NCBI GenBank assembly: GCA_016176465.1
Contig: JACOXD010000006.1
Coordinates: 71,878 to 135,877 of the forward strand
Direction of reading: 5' to 3'
Origin: Candidatus Daviesbacteria bacterium
GTDB taxonomy: Bacteria; Patescibacteriota; Microgenomatia; Daviesbacterales; UBA10151
DNA: 64,000 bases
Shown: piece after piece, positions 8,597 through 17,264 of the stretch
How the letters are laid out: every line of letters begins with the position of its first letter
Numbering within the stretch: position 1 is the first letter of the stretch
Translations under genes and position numbers: made by a program
The notes under the pieces: model-generated
The model's database searches: none
What the model was told of the DNA's origin: nothing
Seen by the model: only the letters and a program-made list of their open reading frames with translations

Positions 8597-9847
8597 TTAC
8601 TTACCACCAATCTGCTTTGCTAGCCTCATTTGCAGAGAATAAATTTCTATAAACCCTGCTGAAGCATTCACATTAAATGAATAGCCTCCCAAATTAGTAA
8701 ATGAGGTATGATCTAAACCATAAGGAGACTGCATTGCCACCACATCTACTTTACCTTTATAAAGTTTAAGGGTAACTTCTCCAGTCACCTTCTCATTTAC
8801 AAAGTCATTAAAAGTATTTATTGCCTCCATAACAGGATCAAACCATAAAGCACCATAACAAAGATAGCCCCATTTAGTATCAAGTTCTTGCTTTAGCTCA
8901 TTTAAATTCCTGGTAGAAACATATTTTTCCAATGCTTTATGAGCCTCAATCAATACATGTCCTGCAGGCATTTCATAAACTCCACCATTCTTAACTCCAA
9001 CTAATCTATCCTCAAACATATGAACCACCCCTACCCCATGTTTTCCTGCTAACTTGTTGAGCTTTGCTATCAACTGAGAAAGTTTCAACTTTTGGTCATT
9101 TAAAGCCACAGGAATTCCTTTTTTAAAGGTTACTTTAATTAGTTCCTCCTTATTTGGTGCGTTTTTAGCCAAAGTATAGGTAGTTAGGAATTTTTCAATG
9201 GGAGCTATTAGTTGTGGCTCTTCAATTTCTCCACCTTCCCAGGTCATTCCCCACATGTTGTCATCAACTGAGTAGGGAAAATCTAATGATGCTGGTACAG
9301 GAATTCCATTAGCTTTGGCATATTTAATTTCTTCATTCCTATCCATTGCCCATTCCCTGACAGGTGCAATTATTTTCATTTTAGGATCAAAAGTTAAAAT
9401 ATAGCCTTCAATCCTGACTTGATCATTACCCTTACCAGTACAACCATGGGCTATAGCATCAGCTCCTACTTTTTTAGCAATCTTAACTGAATTTTTAGCT
9501 AACACCGCTCTTCCCATTGGCGTAGAAAGATAGTAATTACCTTGGTATGAACCATTAGCCTTAATTCCTTTGGCAATATAATTCTCTGCAAACTCATCTT
9601 TTAAATCTAAAACTAAAGCCTGCTTTGCTCCAAACTTTAATGCTTTTTGTTTAATGGCTTCCAAGTCATCATGTTGCTGTCCTAAATCAGCGGTTAAAGT
9701 TATTACTTCACACTTATACTCATCCTGAATCCATTTAAGCATTACTGAGGTATCCAAACCTCCTGAATAGAGCAAAAGTACTTTTTTAACTTCTCCTATT
9801 TTTCCCTCATATGAGGCTACTTTGATATATTTAGTATCATTTTTCAC
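8597..9847 (-). CDS. argG: Argininosuccinate synthase
   Basis: LYSGGLDTS, AHGCTGKGNDQVR and YSVDDNMWG motifs. GTG start at 9847 behind a GGAGGTGA Shine-Dalgarno (9853-9860). Confidence 0.96.
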   Translation of the reverse strand: MKNDTKYIKVASYEGKIGEVKKVLLLYSGGLDTSVMLKWIQDEYKCEVITLTADLGQQHDDLEAIKQKALKFGAKQALVLDLKDEFAENYIAKGIKANGSYQGNYYLSTPMGRAVLAKNSVKIAKKVGADAIAHGCTGKGNDQVRIEGYILTFDPKMKIIAPVREWAMDRNEEIKYAKANGIPVPASLDFPYSVDDNMWGMTWEGGEIEEPQLIAPIEKFLTTYTLAKNAPNKEELIKVTFKKGIPVALNDQKLKLSQLIAKLNKLAGKHGVGVVHMFEDRLVGVKNGGVYEMPAGHVLIEAHKALEKYVSTRNLNELKQELDTKWGYLCYGALWFDPVMEAINTFNDFVNEKVTGEVTLKLYKGKVDVVAMQSPYGLDHTSFTNLGGYSFNVNASAGFIEIYSLQMRLAKQIGGK

Positions 9848-9866
9848 TATTCTCACCTCCCTTCTT

Positions 9867-9924
9867 GCCCTCCGAAGCCTTGCTCGGCCTTCGAAGCTCC
9901 GGCCAAGGAGGCGCGAAGGAGGGC
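9867..9924. repeat. Nested GC-rich palindrome (GCCCTCCGAAGC...GCGAAGGAGGGC containing a second related unit)
   Basis: Outer GCCCTCC/GGAGGGC ends; inner GCCTTCGAAGCTCCGGCCAAGGAGGC; translated in the ArgH tail as PSFAPPWPELRRPSKASEG. Confidence 0.7.
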
Positions 9925-9931
9925 TTACTAT

Positions 9932-9999
9932 TGTCATCCTGATGGTCCAATGGACCAGAAGGATCTAAATACAGATTCTTCGCTCCGCTCAGAATGACA
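9932..9999. repeat. Cruciform palindromic repeat, copy 4, in frame at the argH 3' end
   Basis: TGTCATCCTGA-TGGTCCAATGGACCA-GAAGGATCT...AGATTCTTC...TCAGAATGACA; side hairpin nearly identical to copy 1. Confidence 0.85.
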
Positions 10000-10562
10000 C
10001 TCGCCACTTTTTTGTATGCCTCTCTGAAAGGCATCCCCTTACTAACCAATTTCAATGCTTTTTCTGTGGCATATAGCTCTTCAGTCATAGCTTTATCTAG
10101 AATCTCTTTATTGGGAGTTAAGCCCTTAACTAACAAACTAGCCACTTTTAGCGAGCCTAAAGTTAAATCCAAACTTTCCATAAATGGCTTTTTGCTATCT
10201 TGGAAATCCCTATTATAGCCTGAAATTAAATTTGTAGATAAAGAGACAATTTGAACATAATTTCCTAAGACTAGGTGGACCTTGGCTCTTAAAACCTCTG
10301 CAACATCAATGTTTTTCTTTTGTGGCATGATACTGCTTCCAGTAGTTAGGTTCCCTGCTACAGAAAAAAAGTTAAATTCAGATGTGGTAAATAACAATAC
10401 ATCTGATGCAAACTTATTAATATCCTGCAAGATTGTAATTAGGCAAGAAAGTATTAATTCTTCAAATTTTAGCCTTGAGTGCTGGCAATAAATGGGATTT
10501 TCTTGGACTTTAGCAAAGTTAAGTAGTTTTGCACTTAATTGCCTATCTATTTTAATAGGAAT

Positions 10563-10598
10563 TCCATAACCTGCTCCTGATCCATAACCTGCTCCTGA
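10563..10598. repeat. Perfect 18-bp tandem duplication in argH (GSGAGY x2)
   Basis: TCCATAACCTGCTCCTGA occurs twice in tandem. Confidence 0.9.
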
Positions 10599-11052
10599 AC
10601 CTAAGGGAGATTGGTCAATCAATTTATAGATAGTATCCAGATATATCAAATCATCACTTAATGAATCAACAAAGCAATCAGCCCACAACTTTATTGAGCT
10701 TGGCATTGCTTTTTGCATATGGGTATAACCAGGCATAGGAATATCTTTATGTTTCTTCCCAAAACTCTTAAAGCTTGTTTTTAGGTTTTCCAATTCTTGT
10801 TTCACTAAATTTAGCTGCTCTTTTGAATAAAGCCTTAAGGCTGTTAAAACTTGATCGTTTCTTGATCTGGCTGTATGGATTTTTTTCCCTGCTTCGCCAT
10901 AATTTTTTGTTAAGTAATCCTCTATCTTTGTATGCATATCCTCATCCCCTAGCTCTAAGTTAAATTTCCCTTGTTTCCAAAGCTTGAGAATTTCAATTAC
11001 CTTTTTGCCATAACTTTTTCATAATTTTTTCCTTTCTTAGCTTTTTTAAAAC

Positions 11053-11100
11053 AAAAAAGCCCTTGTCTGCTCACCTAAAAATAGATGAACAAACAAGGGC
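11053..11100 (-). terminator. Intrinsic terminator of the T-box leader
   Basis: GCCCUUGUUUGUUCAUCU...AGGUGAGCAGACAAGGGC followed by UUUUUU on the minus strand. Confidence 0.85.
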
Positions 11101-11328
11101 CTTCTAAAAGGCGGTACCACCTTGTATTTAATTTCCCATTAAAAATCCACCTTGCGGTGGAGCTAACTGCCTATGAGAAATTCTCATTTATAGCGCTCCG
11201 TTGCCGACACGCTTGCTATCTTTTACAGTTTTGCCTCTGTCATGGTATTGTCTCGATAAATAATCGGACCTGACCCATGCTGCTTGTCTACTGCGGTAGA
11301 CTTAAACGCATTTAAAATATTAAATTGT
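11053..11328 (-). ncRNA. T-box riboswitch leader upstream of argH-argG
   Basis: T-box AATACAAGGTGGTACCGC (11111-11128, minus); antiterminator AAGG-UGGUACC-GCC...GGC-CCUU overlapping the terminator; GCAA-capped hairpin upstream. Confidence 0.85.
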
Positions 11329-11334
11329 CTATTT

Positions 11335-11362
11335 AGTATAACATAAATTTTTTACTTGTCAA
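11335..11362 (-). promoter_or_regulatory. Sigma70-type promoter for the T-box leader
   Basis: TTGACA-N16-TATACT with extended -10 TG. Confidence 0.65.
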
Positions 11363-11368
11363 TAACTA

Positions 11369-11764
11369 CTATGGGTTCAATCTCAAAAAGAGTGGCCATT
11401 GCCCTTTAAGCTGCTTACTAAATCCCATTTTTTCAAACAAGCTAATCTTATCTGTAACAGCTAGCACCTCATAGATTTCTTTAGCTTTAGCTTCATTCAC
11501 ACAAGCTTGGATTAGTTTAGACCCTATCCCCATTCCTTGATATTTAGGAAGTACTACTAGTGAGCGGACCTCTGATAGTTTTTTGTTATATATTTCCAAA
11601 CTGACACATCCAGCAACTTCTTTATCTTCTACCCAAACATAGAAGGAACTAAGCACTTGCTTTATCTCTGATTTAGGCCTTTTCAAAACTTTACCCTTTT
11701 TGGCTGCATCTGAAATTAATTTATAAATTGAGTCTAAATCTTCTATTTTAGCTTTGCGCAACAT
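11369..11764 (-). CDS. GNAT acetyltransferase, short N-acetylglutamate synthase-like
   Basis: SEVRSLVV and YQGMGIG motifs; adjacent to argH/argG. Confidence 0.75.
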   Translation of the reverse strand: MLRKAKIEDLDSIYKLISDAAKKGKVLKRPKSEIKQVLSSFYVWVEDKEVAGCVSLEIYNKKLSEVRSLVVLPKYQGMGIGSKLIQACVNEAKAKEIYEVLAVTDKISLFEKMGFSKQLKGQWPLFLRLNP

Positions 11765-12776
11765 CTTTTAGCTGCCTCCTTTTATTTTTATTGTAGATCA
11801 TTAAAAAAATACCTAATAGTAAAAAATAATACCCCATCCAAACTAAATAAGAGATTTTCCCAATATATATACTGGAAAAAGAGACCTTGGAAAAAAAATT
11901 AACAATATAAACAAAATAAGTTAAGAGGACTCCTGGAATTAGTGCCATTAACTGACCAAGAGGGAAAATAAAAAATGAGGTAATAATAGAAACTGCACCG
12001 GTAATCATTATGCCTGGTACTGTCCAAAGTATCAAACTATTAACTAATATACCAATCAAACTCACTTGGTGAAAATTAACGGCTATAATTGGCCAAGTCA
12101 TTGCTTGAGCAGCTATTGAAACTGCTAAATCCTCTCTTAAGATATCAGGCATAGATTTTAAAAGCCTTATTAATTGTGGAGCTACTATTACTACCCCAAT
12201 TGTAGCTAAAAAGGAAAGTTGAAATGAGATTGATAAGAGCCAATTGGGATTGTAAATTAGCATAATTAAGGCTGTAATACCTAAAATCCACCAATCTATT
12301 TTCTCTCTCCCCAAAATTTGAGCAACTGAAGAAAAAGAAAGCATGATAAATGCTCTAATTACGGGTACAGCAAATCCTGTTAAAAAAGTATAAAAAAGGC
12401 ATACTAAAATAGATAAAACTATTGCTTTTTTTCTGCCAATCAAAGCTGCTCCTGCTAAAATAAAACCTCCAAGTAAAGTTAAGTTTTGGCCTGAAACTAC
12501 CACTATATGAATTGTAGATGTATCTCTTAAGTTTTGTTTAAATTCCTTAGGTAAATCTTCCTTGACTCCTAAAACCATACCTGATAAAAGACTTGCTTGT
12601 GGCTCAGGAAGCAAATATTTAGGCATACCAGATAAAATCTCTCTAAGCTTAGTAAAATAATAAATTTCTTTTTCTGTTTCTAGGTTAGATTGTCTTTGAA
12701 GAGGTGCTTCAGCCTGGATTCTTAAAAGTAAAACAAGTAGAAGTGCTATTAGAATTAAAACTAAATTGCGATTCAC
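11748..12776 (-). CDS. comEC: ComEC/Rec2 competence channel (core domain only)
   Basis: HIVVVSGQN, PVIRAFIM and SISFQLSFLAT motifs; multi-TM. Confidence 0.93.
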   Translation of the reverse strand: MNRNLVLILIALLLVLLLRIQAEAPLQRQSNLETEKEIYYFTKLREILSGMPKYLLPEPQASLLSGMVLGVKEDLPKEFKQNLRDTSTIHIVVVSGQNLTLLGGFILAGAALIGRKKAIVLSILVCLFYTFLTGFAVPVIRAFIMLSFSSVAQILGREKIDWWILGITALIMLIYNPNWLLSISFQLSFLATIGVVIVAPQLIRLLKSMPDILREDLAVSIAAQAMTWPIIAVNFHQVSLIGILVNSLILWTVPGIMITGAVSIITSFFIFPLGQLMALIPGVLLTYFVYIVNFFSKVSFSSIYIGKISYLVWMGYYFLLLGIFLMIYNKNKRRQLKDVAQS

Positions 12777-13349
12777 TTAGTTTAAATCTATTAAATCTTT
12801 AATTTTTTCATAGACGCTCCTGGAAACTATTTTTTTACTGATAAGTTCACTAATATCAGCATATGGCCTACCATTCATAATTTTACTAGCGGTTGCAGGT
12901 CCAACTGCGGGTAGTTCTTCTAACTTACTTTTAGACGCTCCATTAATACCAATTAGGCTTGTATTACTTACACCAACCACCTCAGGTGTAGTAGCTGTTT
13001 TTTCTCCTTTAAAAGGAATATAGATTTTTTGACCATCAACTAATTTTGCTGAGAGATTTAAGTTTTTGGAGATATACAAAGGATCTGCATTTTCTAAGAA
13101 CCCACCAGCCATGCCTATTAGATCTTGAATTCTATCTCCAGACTTCAAACTATAAACACCAGGTTTATTAATTGCTCCGGCAACATCTACTTTAATAGTA
13201 GTTTGAACAAATGGTTTATTTTCAAGAGGTTTTTGCAATTTAGCAAGTAAACCAGAAGAAAGTATCCCGCCAAGGATCAAAACCAAACCTAAGAAACAAA
13301 GAATAAGGGCCAGTTTATAATCATTTAGAAAGTTATTAATGGATTGCAC
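12777..13349 (-). CDS. comEA: ComEA DNA receptor (SLBB plus HhH)
   Basis: N-terminal TM; VDVAGAINKPGVY, DGQKIYIP and LPAVGPATA motifs. Confidence 0.92.
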   Translation of the reverse strand: MQSINNFLNDYKLALILCFLGLVLILGGILSSGLLAKLQKPLENKPFVQTTIKVDVAGAINKPGVYSLKSGDRIQDLIGMAGGFLENADPLYISKNLNLSAKLVDGQKIYIPFKGEKTATTPEVVGVSNTSLIGINGASKSKLEELPAVGPATASKIMNGRPYADISELISKKIVSRSVYEKIKDLIDLN

Positions 13350-13354
13350 GGACT

Positions 13355-13436
13355 TGGTATATAGTATTTAGTATACAGTATAGAGGAATGCTTTAAATTT
13401 CTTCCCCATATACTACATACCATATACAATATACTA
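13355..13436. repeat. Heptamer-periodic inverted element (4 x TAGTATA-like, spacer, 4 x TATACTA-like)
   Basis: tggtata tagtatt tagtata cagtata ... tatacta catacca tatacaa tatacta; same size and similar spacer to 1156-1236. Confidence 0.75.
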
Positions 13437-13877
13437 TCTAAGATTACGCTTATACTGTTTTACCCACCCAGCATAGGCAACCACAAGGTGATGCAGGCTT
13501 CTGGCTTCTAGTTCTTTCTTTATAACCCCCCCATGATGAGGATATTTATGGAGCCTTGTCTTGGGTGAAGAGAATCCATGAGCATAATGACAAAGTTCGT
13601 GCGCAATAGTATGGTCCACTATTTCCTGAGGAATTCTAGGATCCTTAAACATGCCAGTAATAGTTATGTATGAATTTTTATTGATACTATCTAGTCTAAT
13701 AGAGCCTAATCTTAACCTCGAGTGTCTGCCAAACTTTATAAAGACAGGATTTACTTGTTTAACACTTCCAAAATAGTTAGTCCATAAATGATCAAGTCTG
13801 GAGAGCAACCATTTATCATCCCTAATAGATTTATATAAACTTTCGCTTAAGCGTTTAGAAATTTTTAACTTTCTCAT
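13434..13877 (-). CDS. SprT-like zinc metalloprotease-domain protein
   Basis: HELCH (HExxH) motif with downstream PHHG. Confidence 0.7.
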   Translation of the reverse strand: MRKLKISKRLSESLYKSIRDDKWLLSRLDHLWTNYFGSVKQVNPVFIKFGRHSRLRLGSIRLDSINKNSYITITGMFKDPRIPQEIVDHTIAHELCHYAHGFSSPKTRLHKYPHHGGVIKKELEARSLHHLVVAYAGWVKQYKRNLR

Positions 13878-13921
13878 AAAAAAGATTGTAGCGTAAGATT
13901 ATTGTAAGCAAAGCTTGCAAC

Positions 13922-13949
13922 AAGATTCTCTTATTAAGATTCTCTTATT
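13922..13949. repeat. 14-bp perfect tandem repeat AAGATTCTCTTATT x2
   Basis: Directly visible; further AAGATT words nearby. Confidence 0.7.
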
Positions 13950-14115
13950 GTAAATTTTGGGTAAGAAAATTGTCAAGCAAGTAGAGGAAGTTAATTTACT
14001 GATCTAGTTTATTATATTTATTCTATAGGATAATATTTTAAAGATTAATTATTTGGGCTTTTGTAAGAATCTTTTCAAGAAAGCATTTTCTATTAGCAGA
14101 ACTAGAAGTTAGTTG

Positions 14116-16484
14116 CTAGCTTATTAGACTAATTATTTTTCCTGGGACATAAATAACTTTTTTAGGATTTTTCCCTCCCAAAAAATTTTGTACTTTTGGA
14201 CTTTTAAAAACTAATCTTTCTATTTCTGCTTGTTTTGAAATTAAGTCATTACTTACGGTAATTACATCTCTTACTTTTCCATTAACTTGGATAATTATTT
14301 TAATATTTTCTTCTTCCAAAAATTTTTCATCTACTTTTGGCCAAGATGATAAATGGATAGATTGTTTCTCCCCCAGCATTTCCCAAAGCTCTTCAGTAAT
14401 ATGAGGTGCAAAAGGAGAAAGCATTACTAAAAAGTTCTTATACTCATCCAAAGATACTTTTTCTTTCCTGGATAAATGATTTAGCCACTCCATCAAACCT
14501 GCAACCGAGGTATTATATTTGAGCTGATCAATATCTTTTTCTAACTTTTTAATAAATTTAGCCATGATTCTTTGATCATCTTGGGATGGTTTGGTATCTT
14601 TGCTAACCTTTTCAAATAATCCCCAGACTCTTTGCAGAAAATGATAGACTCCGTTTATTCCTTCTGCTTTCCAGGGGGCGACTATATCTGATGGTCCTAT
14701 GAAGGCTAAATAGACCCTCACAGCATCTGCTCCATATTCTTTAACTTGATCATCAGGATTAACTACATTTCCCTTAGATTTGCTCATTTTTTGGCCGTCA
14801 GTACCCAATATTGTTCCATGATGAATCCTCTTTCTGGTAAACTCCTCAAAAGATATTAGACCTATGTCTTTAAAAAACTTAGTAAAATAACGGGAATAGA
14901 GAGCATGTCCTAGCGTATGTTCTTCACCACCTATGTATAAGCCAACAGGCATCCACCTCTTAATTAGCTCTTTATCAAATATAAACTTGTCATTATGTGG
15001 ATCTAAATATCTAAAAAAATACCATGAAGAATCCATAAAAGTATCCATTGTTTCTGCCTCTCGTTTGGCATCCCCACCACAATTTGGACATTTTACATTT
15101 ACCCAACCTTCTGCAGTGGCTAAAGGTGGTTTACCTTGAGGTTTATAATCAACTTTATAGGGAAGCTCCACTGGTAATTGATTTTCAGGAACAGGTACTA
15201 ATCCACAATTAGGACAGTTTATAAAAGGAATGGGAGTTCCCCAATACCTTTGTCTGGATATAGACCAATCATGAAGATGATATTGAGTCTGTTTTTGTCC
15301 AAGTTTATTTTTCTCTAAGTAATCAGTAATCTTCTCTCTAGCCTCACTGGAGGGTAGGTTAGCATATTTATCACTATTAACCAGAACTCCTTCGCCTGTA
15401 TAGGGAAGCTTGGTTTCTTTGATATCTACTTCTTCAATTACTTTAGTTATGGGTAAGTTAAACTTCTTTGCAAACTCAAAATCACGTTCATCGTGAGCAG
15501 GCACAGCCATCACTGCACCAGTTCCATAGCCTGGTAAAACATAATCAGCTATCCAGACAGGTATATCTTCACCTGAAAGAGGATTTTTAACATATGAACC
15601 GCTAAAGACTCCTGTTTTATCTTTATTTTCCTTTCGTTCAAGTTCAGTTTTCTTTTTAGCTTTTTCTAAGTAAACCTCTGTTTCTTTCTTTTGATTTCTT
15701 GTTGTATATTTTGATACTAATTGATGCTCGGGTGACAAAACTACAAAGGTTGCCCCAAAAATTGTATCTACTCTGGTTGTAAAAACCTCTATATCTTCAA
15801 ATTTGATTAAACTGCCTTCTGATTTACCAATCCATTTGTTCTGTGCTTCAATTAAAGCTTTAGGATAGCTAGCTTGAGGCGCCTTTTCATCCCAAATTAG
15901 CCTATCTGCATAAGCTGTTATTTTACCTCCTTTTGTACTATCTCTGTTCCGCACCTCCAACATTTACCTGCTTCAACATTCTCATTAGCTAATACAGTTT
16001 GACATGAAGGACACCAGTTTGATAGAGTTTTTCCTCTATAAACTAGCCCCCTTTCGTACATCTTTAAAAAGATCCACTGATTCCACTTGTAGTATTCTGG
16101 CAGACATGTAATGGTAAGTGAACTCCAGTCAAATGAGAAGCCTCCAGTTTTAAACTGTTTACTCATTTGTTCAATATTAGCTAAAGTCCAATCTTGGGGA
16201 TGAATTCCCCTCTGTATTGCTGCATTCTCTGCAGGTAAGCCAAAAGCATCATAGCCATTTGGAAAAAAAGTATTATAGCCTTGTAGTCTTTTGAATCTAG
16301 CTAAAATATCCCCATAATTGAAGGTGTACCAGTGACCAATATGTAAATCTCCAGAAGGATAGAGCAGTTCCACTAAAACATAGTAATTATTTTTTTTTGA
16401 GGCCAAATCAGTTTCGTATAATTTATCTTCTTCCCACTTTTTTTGCCATTTAGGTTCAATTTGGGACGGAATATATTTTTTCAT
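14116..16484 (-). CDS. leuS: Leucine--tRNA ligase, split into two ORFs (15918..16484 and 14116..15963) by a short frameshifting deletion
   Basis: YPSGDLHIGH in the 5' ORF; FTTRVDT editing domain, WSISRQRYWG and KMSKS in the 3' ORF; the conserved QWF segment is missing at the junction. Confidence 0.93.
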
Positions 16485-16529
16485 ATAGCTATTTTATCCT
16501 AATCTTATTTTATATTCTAGTTTGTCTAT

Positions 16530-16564
16530 CTATTAACTATGAACAATGAACTTTTAACAATTAA
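16530..16564. repeat. Heptamer-periodic tract (CWWTKAA x5)
   Basis: ctattaa ctatgaa caatgaa cttttaa caattaa, upstream of leuS. Confidence 0.55.
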
Positions 16565-16572
16565 CTTTCCAC

Positions 16573-16581
16573 TTATCCACA
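16573..16581 (+). promoter_or_regulatory. Perfect DnaA-box sequence TTATCCACA
   Basis: Exact consensus match in intergenic DNA; function unproven. Confidence 0.35.
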
Positions 16582-16898
16582 GCCTATTCAAAATATATCA
16601 AAAATCAATAATTTAATCCCTGCATAGCCTCAAAAATGAAATGGTTTAAATAGCTCAAGGCTAGCATTTTTTCTTTTTTATAATCAAAAGCTATATATCT
16701 ATATCAAATTTATAAAATTTACGTATATGAAAAGGGCATGAAAATATATTAAAAGGAGCTTGTTAATCTTTTGTTTCGATTTCCGTTGAACCCTAATTAT
16801 TCACAAAGGCTTGTTGCTACTAATCCTATTACAGAAAAAGTTAAGAATTTTGATGCTATGGTTTATCAACCTGAGCTTATTTACATGAGACGTGTACA

Positions 16899-16972
16899 TG
16901 GTGGACTCACCGAGAATTGAACTCGGAACTGTACAATGCGAATGTACCGGTATGCCGTTTACCTATGAGCCC
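16899..16972 (-). tRNA. tRNA-Ala(CGC)
   Basis: GGGCTCA/TGAGTCC stem with G3:U70, anticodon arm gtaca-ttCGCat-tgtac, encoded CCA. Confidence 0.93.
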
Positions 16973-17006
16973 AATTCTGCTATTTGTACTGAGCAAAGTC
17001 GAAGTG

Positions 17007-17080
17007 TGGACCTGATCGGGCTCGAACCGACAACCTCAGCTATGCCATAGCTGCGCTACTACCAATTGAGCTACAGGCCC
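17007..17080 (-). tRNA. tRNA-Ala(GGC)
   Basis: GGGCCTG/CAGGTCC stem with G3:U70, anticodon arm cagct-atGGCat-agctg with the A32-U38 pair typical of Ala(GGC). Confidence 0.93.
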
Positions 17081-17264
17081 TTACTTAGTAAAAACTCAAG
17101 TTATTTTATCAAAGTTTTATCCTTTTCTCTATAGATTTTAATGTTTATGTTTTTTGAGGCTAAAATACTTATTAGCAGTTAAAAATAACTATTTGCTAAT
17201 TTGAAATTGAAGAAGTTTTAGATATCTTTTGATAGCCTAATAATATAATAAAGAAGTAATTTGA

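Larger units (their letters stand above)
9837..11022 (-). pseudogene. argH: Argininosuccinate lyase; 5' part disrupted by a frameshifting deletion (real lesion or assembly error)
   Basis: IHTARSRNDQV, PGYTHMQKA, TGSSIMPQKKN and GMPFREAY motifs. The native start MKKLWQKG at 11022 is out of frame with the body. Confidence 0.85.

Noticed and set aside
9848-9937. 30-aa N-terminal extension of ArgG in the ORF track
   Set aside because: The ATG and the Arg-rich peptide come from palindromic repeats; a GTG with a strong Shine-Dalgarno at 9847 is the better start
10990-11022. TGA read-through (genetic code 25) to repair argH
   Set aside because: The break is a frame change, and many intact genes here end in TGA
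11085-11273. 62-aa plus-strand ORF
   Set aside because: Antisense to the T-box leader, with no protein features
15918-15963. Programmed frameshift or natural two-subunit LeuRS
   Set aside because: Conserved residues are missing at the junction, so recoding would not restore the protein
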